From the IMG/VR virus record IMGVR_UViG_3300031963_000604, positions 1 to 31,910 of that record: a stretch of 31,910 bases of DNA, one strand, 5' to 3'. The DNA is from a virus (taxonomy: Duplodnaviria; Caudoviricetes). Positions 10,001 to 20,092 of this stretch are shown here, piece by piece; within the stretch, counting starts at the first letter, position 1; each line of letters starts with the position of its first letter. The notes beneath the pieces were generated by a model. It saw only the letters and a program-made list of their open reading frames with translations. It had not been told where the DNA came from and ran no database searches. Position numbers and translations under genes: made by a program.

Positions 10001-13000
10001 AAATCCGGATCTTCTATCCCATCACGTCAACTTTTAGTAGTATTTGATTACTATAAAGTTTCTCCTGGAAATAGTGGGGACATTTTTACGGTAAATTCCT
10101 ACACCGAAGAGAGGTATGCAAATGATCTACCTTCTGTACCAAATGGGACAAGAGTTTCTGACATTTTAGATTTCAGACCAAGAGTTGAAGAATTTAATCC
10201 AGATAGTGCAACATCATCACCATTTGCATTCAACTCCAGATCTTATGAAAGTAATTTTAGATATGTAGTTTCACCAGATGAAACTTCATTTATTGGATAT
10301 AGTTATTATCTACCAAGAATTGATTTAATAACAATAAATCGTTTTAGTGAGGTTGAAGTTGTTAAGGGTGAATCTTCGGATAATCCTAAGGCACCAATCT
10401 TAGCAGATGACGCAATGGAACTTGCCCAGATTAGTTATCCTGCGTATTTGTTTAATCCCCAAAAAGATCCTCAAATTCTGTTGAGAGATAACAGAAGATT
10501 TACAATGAGGGATATTGCTAAGTTAGAGCAGAGAATTGAAAATCTGGAAGAAGTAACCAGTCTAAGTATGTTAGAGTTAAAGGCACAGACCTTAGAGGTT
10601 ACTGATGCAAATGGTTTGAATAGATTTAAATCTGGTTTTATTGTTACCAGTTTTAGAGACAAATCACTTGCAGACAAGAGATATACAACAATTGATATCA
10701 GTAAAGCAGATCCTACTGGTATTGCTCCTGTTGATTTCTGGTCAATGCCGGCAGAGTTGGCACTTGATCCTGGAATTGATAGAACAAAAACTGATATTTC
10801 ACAAAACCTAAAATTATTAGATCCCAACGTACAAAAAACCGGAGATTTAATTACATTAAAGTATGATGAGGTTGATTGGATAGAGCAACCACATGCAACC
10901 AATGTTGAAAATGTAAATCCATTTAATGTTATTGTTTTTGTTGGTGGTATGCAACTAGACCCAGCATCAGATAACTGGGTCAGAACAATTTATATTGATG
11001 ACAATAGAACAGAGTCTACTGGTGCTGAATGGGTACAAGAAGCAAATGTTAATACAAATGTAAATGTATCGACAGAGCAAGAGACTTACAAGAAAGGTGG
11101 TAATAGAAGTGAAAAGGGTGTAAGAACATTAACTACTACAACTACCACAACAACTACGCAATATACTCCTAAATTAACTGGTCCTGCTAGAGAATTTAAT
11201 TATGTTGAAGATGTTAAAATAAGTGGAACAGTTGATCCATTTATGCGTTCTAGAAACGTATACTTTAATGCAAATGGATTGAGACCTTTCACTAAGCATT
11301 ATCATTATCTGGATAGTCAACAAGTTGATATTGTTCCTAAATTGTGTGAAATTGACATGCAATCCGGTACTTTCCAAGTATTTGAAGATGCTCGTGTTTA
11401 TCATGGTGGACAACAAATTGCTTACGTAAGAATACAAAGACCAAATCATAAGTTTGGAGATACTTCTAGACCAGATATTGGTGCTGGACTAGGATCTCCC
11501 GCTGTTCTTGTTGAAGAGTATAGTGTCGACCCATATGATCGTACTAGACCAGCTCCTGGAACTTCATATTCGGCAACTTCAAAATTGATTAATTTTGGAG
11601 TAAGAGCTTTAGCAACCGAAGAAAAGTATTATGGTTATGTTATAAAAGATGCTACTGTTGTTGGCGAAACAAGTGGTGCAGTTGCAAAAATATCCAGGGC
11701 AGAGTTGGTATCTGATAACTGGGGAGATATTGTTGCTAACTTCTTCTTCAGAGATCCAAACTCAAATCCACCACCACCAGTCAAAGTTACTAGTGGAACA
11801 AAGACAGTCAAAGTTACCGCTGTTCCTCCCGGCGTTACTCCGCTACCTGGATCAACTGTATTTGCAAGTGAAGCTGTTGGTACATACAGTGGATCTGGAA
11901 CTATCCTGACTCAGGAGACAAGTAGAGTTTCTGTCAGAAATCCACCCCAACCTGCTGCAAAACCAACTGAAGTTTCTGTTCAGGTCAAAGCTCCTCACAG
12001 AGATCCATTAGCACAATCGTTCACTGTCGATGGTAAAGGTGCATTCCTAACTTCGTTTGACCTATACTTTGCGACGAAAGATCCATCTGCCAAGATTTAC
12101 GTTGAACTTAGAACAGTTGAACTTGGTACGCCAACATCTTTCCTTGTCCAAGATTACACTCAAATTGCACTAAATCCAGATCAAATTAATATTAATGATG
12201 CGAATCCATTTGAACCAATTCCAACAAGAATTAGATTCTCTTCTCCAGTATTTTTGGAAGCAAATCGTGAATATGCTATTGTTATTCTTTCTCCAGCATC
12301 AGATGCTTATGAGATGTGGACTGCAACAATGGGACAAAAAACAGTTAGAACACAAAATTTACCTGATGTTCAAAATGTTGTTGTTACCAAACAGTATATT
12401 GGTGGATCTTTATTCAAATCTCAAAATGGAACTATTTGGACAGCAAGCCAATATCAAGATTTAACCTTCAAATTGTATAAAGCACAATTTGTTCCTTCTG
12501 GAACAGTAACTTTTTACAATACAGACATTACACCTAATGGTACTAATGTTTCTAAATTACCAAATAATCCAATTGAAGGTCTACCAAGAAAGTTAAAACT
12601 TCCAATCACTGGAACTCTTAACACAGCAGTTGTACCAGGAGTTAAAATTGGTTAGGGTTCAAGTCCAAGTATAACTGGTATTATTGAAAATCTTGGTGGA
12701 CCGATTGGAGTTGCAACGGTAGTTTCTGTTGGCGCAGGATATTCTGATGGTACTTATACCGGAGTGTCATTGTATTCATTGAGTGGAAATGGAACAGGAG
12801 CACAAGCAACAGTTCAGTTTCTTAATGGAACAATCAGAACATATAGTATAACAAGTAATGGAAATGGATATGTAACTGGTGAAGTATTAGGTATTACAAC
12901 AAGTAGTGTTGGATCTGGTAGTGGAGCAAAATTTGGAGTTCAAACTCGTAGTGCGGCAGATACAATTTATCTGACTAATGTTCAAGGGGAAAACTTTACA

Positions 13001-14455
13001 AACACATCCCAAATTGTTTACTATACTGATCCAACCAGTGAATCAAGTAGAACAAACAGTGGAACAACAGTTAATGGAACTTCATCACTAACTGACAACC
13101 TTTTCTCTGGAAATGTTTTTAGAATTAAACAATATAATCATGCACATCATGGTGGAAATAATGTAATTCAAATTGAAAATGTTTTACCAGACAGAGAAAA
13201 AGTTGCTTTAACAGCAAACTTTGGAGAAAATGATACGATAGTATCCGTTGCAAATACTACAGTTTTTGCAACATTTGAGGGAATAACAACTAGTCGTGGG
13301 TATGCATTAATACGTAACGAAGTAGTATCTTATAGTAATATAACTCAGGTTTCTGGGAATGCTGGAACTCTTACTATTGATTCCAGAGCATTAAATGGAA
13401 GTGTTAAAACTTCACACTCTACTGGAGACTTTATTCAACCATATGAAGTTGATGGTGTTTCTTTGATGAGAATTAACACAACTCATAATATTCCAACAAC
13501 ATATTATACATCAGAAAATTCAAATCTAGATAATTACTTCTTAGAATTTGATAGGTCATCACCTACTAATAGAAGTTCTGGTGGATCGATGCTAAACTTT
13601 GAGTCTCAAAAAGGTTTTGGTGAAAATAGTGTTGGAATATCTCAGAATCATCAATTTAGTACTATTGAACCAATGTTTAATATTATCACCCCAGGGAAGG
13701 GAACAGCATCATCCGCACAAATCAGAACTATATCTGGAACAAGTGCTGGTGGAAATGAAACTTCATTCCTAGATCTTGGTTATGATCCAATTCAACTGAA
13801 TACGGTTTCTCAGTTCCCAACACCAAGAATGGTTGCATCAAGAATAAATGAAATTACTAGATTGACAACTTTACCGTTAAATAAATCTCTAACATTAAAA
13901 GTTGATTTTTCAACAGAGGATCCAAACCTTTCCCCTGTAATGGATATTCAAAATGCCACTTTTGTTCTTGGTAGAAATAGATCAAATAATCCAATTAATG
14001 ATTATGTACTTGATTCGAGATCTAATAAAATAAATGGAGATCCACATGGTTCTGTTTTTGTAACTCAGATTATTTCTCTTGCACAACCAGCAACAAGTTT
14101 ACGTGTTCTAGTTGCTGCAAATAGACAGCCTGAGGCAGATTTTAGAGTTTTCTACAGACTTTTCAAGGCAGATTCTAGTGATGTTCCACAAAGTTATATA
14201 CCATTCCCAGGATATGATAATTTAATAGATACTGATGGTGATGGATATGGCGATTTAGTTATTGATCAAAATAAAAATAGTGGAAGAGCAGATGCTTTTG
14301 TGACACCAGATACTCCAGATTCATTCTCAGAGTATCAGTTTACCGCCAATAATTTAGATCAGTTCAATGGATTTTCTATTAAAATTGTAATGTCTTCAAC
14401 AAATGAATCAACTCCTGTAAAACTAAAAGATTTTAGATGTGTTGCACTTGCGTAA
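7073..14455 (+). CDS. VrlC-like large virion structural protein, 2460 codons including one in-frame TAG at 12653-12655
   Basis: N-terminus MPQKTNLNVSPYYDDF...VLFKPG...QARELT, APGADRL, DPLAQSF and GSLFKSQN motifs are typical of cyanophage VrlC-like proteins. ORFs 7073..12655 and 12764..14455 share one frame, and the 36 codons between them are stop-free and protein-like (GSSPSITGIIENLGGPIGVATVVSVGAGYSDGTYTG). Confidence 0.82.
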
Positions 14456-14456
14456 T

Positions 14457-14672
14457 ATGGATGACCTTAATTTAATACCCGTTGAAGGGCATAACAATCT
14501 TTTCAGAGATAAAAATACCGGCGCTATCTTAAATAAAGATAGATCGGCATACGCAAACTATATGAGAATGAAAGACATTAAGCAAAGAGAGAAGAATGAA
14601 ATTGAAGAAATGAAAAAAGATATTGATGAAATTAAATCTCTACTGAAGGAACTTATCAATGGATCCAGATAA
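14457..14672 (+). CDS. Small conserved phage protein with C-terminal coiled coil (71 aa)
   Basis: ATG at 14457 directly after the VrlC stop is a better start than the overlapping TTG at 14439. VEGH..LFRD..TGAILN motif followed by heptad-like EIEEMKKDIDEIKSLLKEL. Confidence 0.75.
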   Translation: MDDLNLIPVEGHNNLFRDKNTGAILNKDRSAYANYMRMKDIKQREKNEIEEMKKDIDEIKSLLKELINGSR

Positions 14673-14859
14673 AATTAACTTAGAAAACCTGAGCAAAAGT
14701 TTTGAGTATTATAAAGCAGCATCAGAAATCGACAATATCGATTGTGTTGATACTTTGAGAAATATTGCAAAATCTTATATAAAACTTTATTTTAAACAAC
14801 AAGAGGTTATTTCATCATTCGGATCTTCCATTGAACCGTTTGGATTCAATGAAGTATAA
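14659..14859 (+). CDS. Small helical protein, possibly NblA-like (66 aa)
   Basis: ATG overlaps the previous gene's end. Two predicted amphipathic helices with spacing reminiscent of NblA. The CDS is well supported; the function is tentative. Confidence 0.6.
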   Translation: MDPDKINLENLSKSFEYYKAASEIDNIDCVDTLRNIAKSYIKLYFKQQEVISSFGSSIEPFGFNEV

Positions 14860-14862
14860 ATA
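14855..14862 (+). promoter_or_regulatory. T4-type late promoter TATAAATA
   Basis: Exact consensus overlapping the stop codon of the 66-aa gene, 26 nt upstream of the ATG at 14889. Confidence 0.8.
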
Positions 14863-14888
14863 TATTTTAGATCCTGAACTGTTTATAA

Positions 14889-15116
14889 ATGGCAGAAATT
14901 AAGGTCAGAGTAGGACAACAACCTGCAGTAAAAGTTATATCTTCACTTGCTGGTGCTCAAGGTCTTTCTTTGTCTGAATTGAGTGATGTTAATGCCACAA
15001 ATTTACTTGATGGTATGGTTCTTGTTTATAATGGTGCTACTAGAAAATGGGACGCTACACTAACCCTTACACCAGGGGCAACACAGAATTTAGACATCAA
15101 CGGGGGAAATTTCTAA
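14889..15116 (+). CDS. Small virion-associated protein (75 aa), possible fibre adaptor
   Basis: Downstream of a late promoter. Contains LSELSDV...DGMVLVYN...KW, a repeat unit seen in phage fibres, and ends in INGGNF. Confidence 0.75.
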   Translation: MAEIKVRVGQQPAVKVISSLAGAQGLSLSELSDVNATNLLDGMVLVYNGATRKWDATLTLTPGATQNLDINGGNF

Positions 15117-16790
15117 ATGGCAAGTATTATCAGGATCAAAAGATCCTCAGGTACTAATAAACCTTCTAGTCTAAATTGGGGTGAGTTAGCATACGTAACT
15201 GGTATTGGTAGTTACGGTGGACTTAACCAATACAAAGATAGAATTTTTGTAGGCGATGATGGTAATAACGTAAACCCAGTTGGTGGATATTACTATGCAT
15301 CCATGATGGAGCACCAGCCAGGAACTATTGCTGGTGTCTCAAATACAAGAAATACTGACGGCGGTATTGTTGCTATTCTAGATAGCAATAGAAAAGTAGA
15401 TCAGTGGAATGTTGACAATCTAAGACTTGATTCAAATACTTTATCATCAACAAATACTGATGGTGATATTGTATTAGATCCTAATGGAACTGGTGAAGTT
15501 AACATTGTTGATGATACCTATCTTGCATTTGGAAATGATAAAGATGTAAAACTTCGCTATGATGAAGCGACCGATAATAGGTTTGAAATTGAAGGTGCAG
15601 ATTGGGCATTTGCTGATGGTGTAGCAATCAATATTGGAGATGTAACTGAATCAACTACAAAAGATAATGGCGCTCTTGTAGTTGAAGGTGGAGTTGGAAT
15701 TGAAAAGAATCTGAATGTTGGTGGATCAATAAGTGTTACCGGACATTCAACATTTGATCAGGTTAAAATTAAAGATAATGTAATTTCAACTATTTCTGGT
15801 AACGAATTATACTTAGATCCTTATCCAGATGGATTAAGTAATGAAGGAACTGTTATTGTAAAAGGAAATTTACAGGTAGATGGAACTACAACATCTGTAA
15901 ATTCTACAACTGTTGATCTAAATGATCCTATTATTGTTCTTGGTGACGTAACAAGCACAAGAACAGTAATGACAACCGTCGTTGCTGGTGTAAGTACGAT
16001 TAGATTAGATTCCGTTACAGGAATCAATACTGGTGACGTAGTTAGTGGAAATGCTGCACTTTCAGTATCCGGAGTAAACACAGTAACTGCTTATGATACT
16101 GTTAATAAAATTATAACTTTAACAGATGCAACTATTGCTCCTGGAATTTCAACTACAACTCAATTAACAATCACCCACGCATACGATACTAACACTGACC
16201 GTGGTGTTGCATTTAATTATAATACAAGTACTGGAACTGCAAATAACAAAATTGGATTCTTTGGATATACTGACCAAAATAATGTAGGAAGTGCCGCCAC
16301 TGCAAGATCTTGGACATATATTCCAGATGCAACTATCACCAATAGTGTAGTAACTGGAACCAGAGGATACCTTGATATTAAAGGTATTTACTATCAAACT
16401 GGCGACTTCAATACTCACGGTGTTGTATATTTTGATGCTGATGGATTACAAACTTCGACAAATAATCCAGCATCCCCTGTTATTACTTCAAAGCAGATTC
16501 TAACTGCTATTACAAAGGTTACTTTGGCATTACCTTCTTCTGTTACTGTAACCGCAGGAGATATTATTAGACAAGATACAAGCAATGCTTATGGTATTGT
16601 TGAAACTGGTGGAACAGTTACCACATTAAGTTTAATTGGTGTTGAGGGAACATTTGTCAATACTTACAACATTAGAAAAGAAGGTGATAATGGATCAATA
16701 CAAAATCTATCTGTAATTCCTTCTTCAGTTTCGACAATATATAATAATAAACCACATTGGACATCAACCCTTGACGGAGGAACATTCTAA
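15117..16790 (+). CDS. Fibre-like virion protein with Mtd/hyaluronidase-type N-terminal domain
   Basis: N-terminus IRIKRS...L.WGELAY...RIFVGD; beta-helix/fibre motifs (GALVVEGGVGIEKNLNVGG, GNLQVDGTTTSVNSTTV...DPIIVL); ends LDGGTF. Sits where T4 has wac, just before gp13. Confidence 0.72.
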   Translation: MASIIRIKRSSGTNKPSSLNWGELAYVTGIGSYGGLNQYKDRIFVGDDGNNVNPVGGYYYASMMEHQPGTIAGVSNTRNTDGGIVAILDSNRKVDQWNVDNLRLDSNTLSSTNTDGDIVLDPNGTGEVNIVDDTYLAFGNDKDVKLRYDEATDNRFEIEGADWAFADGVAINIGDVTESTTKDNGALVVEGGVGIEKNLNVGGSISVTGHSTFDQVKIKDNVISTISGNELYLDPYPDGLSNEGTVIVKGNLQVDGTTTSVNSTTVDLNDPIIVLGDVTSTRTVMTTVVAGVSTIRLDSVTGINTGDVVSGNAALSVSGVNTVTAYDTVNKIITLTDATIAPGISTTTQLTITHAYDTNTDRGVAFNYNTSTGTANNKIGFFGYTDQNNVGSAATARSWTYIPDATITNSVVTGTRGYLDIKGIYYQTGDFNTHGVVYFDADGLQTSTNNPASPVITSKQILTAITKVTLALPSSVTVTAGDIIRQDTSNAYGIVETGGTVTTLSLIGVEGTFVNTYNIRKEGDNGSIQNLSVIPSSVSTIYNNKPHWTSTLDGGTF

Positions 16791-16793
16791 AAT

Positions 16794-17006
16794 ATGTCAA
16801 ACGAAAGTGAAGTCGATATTAATATTTTAGTGCGTTTATATAATCAAAAATTATCAGCACTAACAAACCAAAATATATTGCTAGAAGCAAAATTGCAAAC
16901 ATTATCAGATGATTTTGCCAAAGAAAAAAATGAGCTTCTAGCAGTAAACCTTGATTTACAAAACAAATATGATGAATTGAAAAAGTCTAAAAAACCTGAA
17001 GCATAA
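16794..17006 (+). CDS. Small coiled-coil protein (70 aa), possible fibre chaperone
   Basis: ATG 3 nt after the fibre stop; continuous heptad pattern. The function is inferred from position only. Confidence 0.65.
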   Translation: MSNESEVDINILVRLYNQKLSALTNQNILLEAKLQTLSDDFAKEKNELLAVNLDLQNKYDELKKSKKPEA

Positions 17007-17011
17007 CGAAA

Positions 17012-17851
17012 ATGGCAAAACCAGCAAGTAGGCAAGAACTGATTGATTACTGTCTAAGGCGTCTAGGAGCGCCTGTGCTGGAAATTAACGTTGATGATGA
17101 TCAAATAGATGATTTAGTTGACGATGCCCTTCAATACTTCAATGAGCGCCACTTTGATGGCGTTGAAAGGATGTATTTGAAGTATCAAATAACCCAAGCA
17201 GATATTGATAGAGGGTCAGCAAAAGGAAGTAATGGTGTTGGTATTGTTACAACAACTGGAACATCGCGTATTGTAGGAACTGCTACTACTTTTAGTTTTT
17301 ACGAAACCTCTAATTATATACAAGTTCCAGATTCAGTCATTGGAGTTGAAAAAGTATTTAAGTTTGATACTAGTTCCATTTCTGGTGGTATGTTTAGTAT
17401 CAAGTATCAGTTATTCTTAAATGATCTTTATTATTTCAATTCCGTAGAACTTTTACAATATTCTATGGTAAAAAGTTACCTTGAAGATATTGACTTTTTG
17501 CTAACAACTGATAAGCAAGTTAGATTTAATAAGAGACAAAATAGGTTATATCTTGATATTGATTGGGGAGCACAGTCTGCGGGAAATTACTTAGTTTTGG
17601 ATTGTTATAGAATTTTGAATCCATCAGAATTTACTAATGTATATAATGATAGTTTCCTAAAAAGATATTTGACAGCATTAATTAAGAGGCAGTGGGGACA
17701 GAATTTAATTAAATTTAGGGGAGTTAAATTACCTGGTGGAATTGAATTTAATGGTAGAGAAATATATGAAGATGCTGAAAGAGAGTTGGATGAAATAACT
17801 AAGAGAATGTCTATGGATTATGAACTTCCACCATACGACTTTATCGGATAA
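17012..17851 (+). CDS. gp13: Neck protein gp13 (head-tail adaptor)
   Basis: LIDYCLRRLGAPVLEINV...QIDDLVDDALQYF.ERHFDG and LIKRQWGQNLIKF.GV.LPGG..NG motifs. Confidence 0.95.
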   Translation: MAKPASRQELIDYCLRRLGAPVLEINVDDDQIDDLVDDALQYFNERHFDGVERMYLKYQITQADIDRGSAKGSNGVGIVTTTGTSRIVGTATTFSFYETSNYIQVPDSVIGVEKVFKFDTSSISGGMFSIKYQLFLNDLYYFNSVELLQYSMVKSYLEDIDFLLTTDKQVRFNKRQNRLYLDIDWGAQSAGNYLVLDCYRILNPSEFTNVYNDSFLKRYLTALIKRQWGQNLIKFRGVKLPGGIEFNGREIYEDAERELDEITKRMSMDYELPPYDFIG

Positions 17852-19287
17852 TGGCACTTAATCCATTTTTTCTACAAGGAACATCATCCGAACAAAGGTT
17901 GATTCAAGATTTAATTAATGAACATCTTAGGATGTATGGTGTTGAGGTTGTTTATATTCCTAGAAAATTTGTAAATAGAAAATCTATTTTAGAAGAAGTC
18001 CAATCATCTAGATTTGATGATAACTTCTCCATTGAGGCATATGTAAACACTTACGATGGATATTCTGGTGCCGGTGATATTCTTACAAAGTTTGGAATGA
18101 GTTTGAGAGATGAATTATTAATTACAATATCAAAAGAAAGATTTGAAGATTTCATTGCTCCATTTATGGGAGCACTAGATGATGGTACTGGAGAAGGTGA
18201 AATTGTACTATCAACTCGCCCAAGAGAAGGAGATTTAATTTATTTTCCACTTGGTCAACGTTTATTTGAAGTTAAGTTTGTAGAGCATGAAAATCCATTT
18301 TATCAATTAGGTAAAAATTACGTTTATGAATTAAAATGTGAATTATTCGAATATGAAGATGAAGTTATTGACACTTCTGTCGAAGAAATAGATTCTCAGG
18401 TTCAGGAAGAAGGATATATAACTACTCTAAGATTGATTGGAGTTGGAAGAACTGCAACTGCTTCTGCTACAATTGATACTGGTTATATAAGACAAATTTT
18501 TCTTAATAATGATGGATATGGATATACATCAAATCCAGTTGTAGCAATATCAACATCACCAACTGGTCAAACTGGCGATAATGCAACTGCCGTCGCCATA
18601 ACAACTGTTAGAGGTGGAGTTCGTTCAGTAGAAAGAATTTATCTAACTAATGCAGGTGCTGGATATACAATTCCTCCAATAATAACAATCTCAGGAGGTG
18701 GAGGAGCGGGAGCAGCTGCAACGTGCTCTATTGAAACAACATATAAAGGTTTGATAAGATTTACTATGATAGACGGTGGTGTCGGATATGGAACAGCACC
18801 GATCGTCACAGTATCTGCTCCCGGAGAACTTTCTATTAGTGGAGTTGGACAAACTGCTGTTGGAATTTCTTCAATTGGACTAACTGGATCTGATGTTTCC
18901 GTAAAAGCAATATACATTTCAAATCCAGGAATAGGATACACAATAAACCCAACAGTAGTAATTTCCAATCCAGAAACTCTTACAGGTGTTGGAACTTATC
19001 TATTTAATGAAATTATTAGAGGATCTAGATCTCAGATAAGGGCAAGAGTTAAGAGTTGGGATAGTGATACAAAGATTCTTAAGATTTCCAATGTTGGTAT
19101 AGGTGCAACTCAGATTACATTCTTACCAGGAGAAACAATTATAGGAACAGAATCAGGAGCATTATATACGGTTAAAGGTTTTGAGCAAATGGATACTTAT
19201 GATAAATATAGTCAAAATGATGAGATTGAAGAAGAAGCGGATCTCATCTTAGATTTTACAGAATCAAATCCATTTGGTACTTATTAA
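17851..19287 (+). CDS. gp14: Neck protein gp14 (head closure) with inserted repeat domains
   Basis: YGVEVVYIPR, LTKFG, RPREGDLIYFP, FEVKFVEHENPFYQLGK and C-terminal DFTESNPFG motifs; TAATG overlap with gp13. Confidence 0.93.
   Translation: MALNPFFLQGTSSEQRLIQDLINEHLRMYGVEVVYIPRKFVNRKSILEEVQSSRFDDNFSIEAYVNTYDGYSGAGDILTKFGMSLRDELLITISKERFEDFIAPFMGALDDGTGEGEIVLSTRPREGDLIYFPLGQRLFEVKFVEHENPFYQLGKNYVYELKCELFEYEDEVIDTSVEEIDSQVQEEGYITTLRLIGVGRTATASATIDTGYIRQIFLNNDGYGYTSNPVVAISTSPTGQTGDNATAVAITTVRGGVRSVERIYLTNAGAGYTIPPIITISGGGGAGAAATCSIETTYKGLIRFTMIDGGVGYGTAPIVTVSAPGELSISGVGQTAVGISSIGLTGSDVSVKAIYISNPGIGYTINPTVVISNPETLTGVGTYLFNEIIRGSRSQIRARVKSWDSDTKILKISNVGIGATQITFLPGETIIGTESGALYTVKGFEQMDTYDKYSQNDEIEEEADLILDFTESNPFGTY
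19201..19208 (+). promoter_or_regulatory. Possible internal late promoter GATAAATA
   Basis: NATAAATA match inside the 3' end of gp14, 78 nt upstream of gp15. Could be chance in AT-rich DNA. Confidence 0.4.
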
Positions 19288-20087
19288 TGTTAGGAACATA
19301 TTATTATCACGAAATAATAAGAAAGACTATTATTTCTTTCGGAACTATTTTTAATCAAATTCATATACGCCATAGTGATCAAAATGGCAATAATATAAGT
19401 GATATGCGTGTTCCTATTGCATATGGTCCAAGACAAAAATTTCTTGCAAGAATTCGTCAACAACCAGAATTAAATAAGGCGACTCAAATATCTCTACCTA
19501 GAATGTCGTTTGAAATGACTTCTATTCAATATGATCCATCAAGAAAATCAAGCGTTGTTCAGACATTTAAAACTTGTGATGATGGTGGTAACATAAAAAA
19601 AGTTTTTATGCCAGTTCCTTATAATATTGGATTTGAACTCAATATCTTAACTAAATTAAATGATGATGCTCTACAAATTATTGAGCAAATTTTACCATAT
19701 TTTCAACCATCTTTTAACCTGACTATTGATTTAGTAGATTCTATTGGTGAGAAAAGAGATATCCCTATGGTCTTAGAGAATATATCATTCCAAGATGATT
19801 ATGAGGGAGATTTTTCGACAAGAAGGGCTTTAATTTATACGTTGAGCTTTACTGCAAAAACATATCTATTTGGTCCTATTGCAGAAAGTTCAGAGGGTCT
19901 TATTCGTAAGGTTCAGGTTGATTTGTATACAAATACAGAAGTTGCAAATGCTAAGCGTGAAGTAAGATACACTGTCACTCCAGATCCATATGATGCAAAT
20001 CCAGATGATGATTTTGGGTTTAATGAGAATTGGGAATTTATCGACGATTCACGAGAATTTAGTCCAACACGCAAAATAGATATTTGA
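19287..20087 (+). CDS. gp15: Tail sheath stabilizer / terminator gp15
   Basis: YYHEIIRK...FGTIFN, VPIAYGP.QKFL, LPRMSFE, PVPYN, QIIEQILPYFQP motifs; TAATG overlap with gp14. Confidence 0.95.
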   Translation: MLGTYYYHEIIRKTIISFGTIFNQIHIRHSDQNGNNISDMRVPIAYGPRQKFLARIRQQPELNKATQISLPRMSFEMTSIQYDPSRKSSVVQTFKTCDDGGNIKKVFMPVPYNIGFELNILTKLNDDALQIIEQILPYFQPSFNLTIDLVDSIGEKRDIPMVLENISFQDDYEGDFSTRRALIYTLSFTAKTYLFGPIAESSEGLIRKVQVDLYTNTEVANAKREVRYTVTPDPYDANPDDDFGFNENWEFIDDSREFSPTRKIDI

Positions 20088-20092
20088 TAATT

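Noticed and set aside
11131-11157. Microsatellite or phase-variable repeat at the poly-Thr run
   Set aside because: Codons are mixed, so this is not a perfect nucleotide repeat.
12764-14455. 563-aa ORF as an independent gene
   Set aside because: Same frame as the upstream ORF, GTG start without a properly spaced RBS, and a coding-like gap. It is better explained as the C-terminal part of the VrlC-like gene.
15117-16790. Diversity-generating retroelement target (Mtd-like N-terminus)
   Set aside because: No reverse transcriptase, no template/variable repeat pair and no C-type lectin C-terminus are visible in the window.
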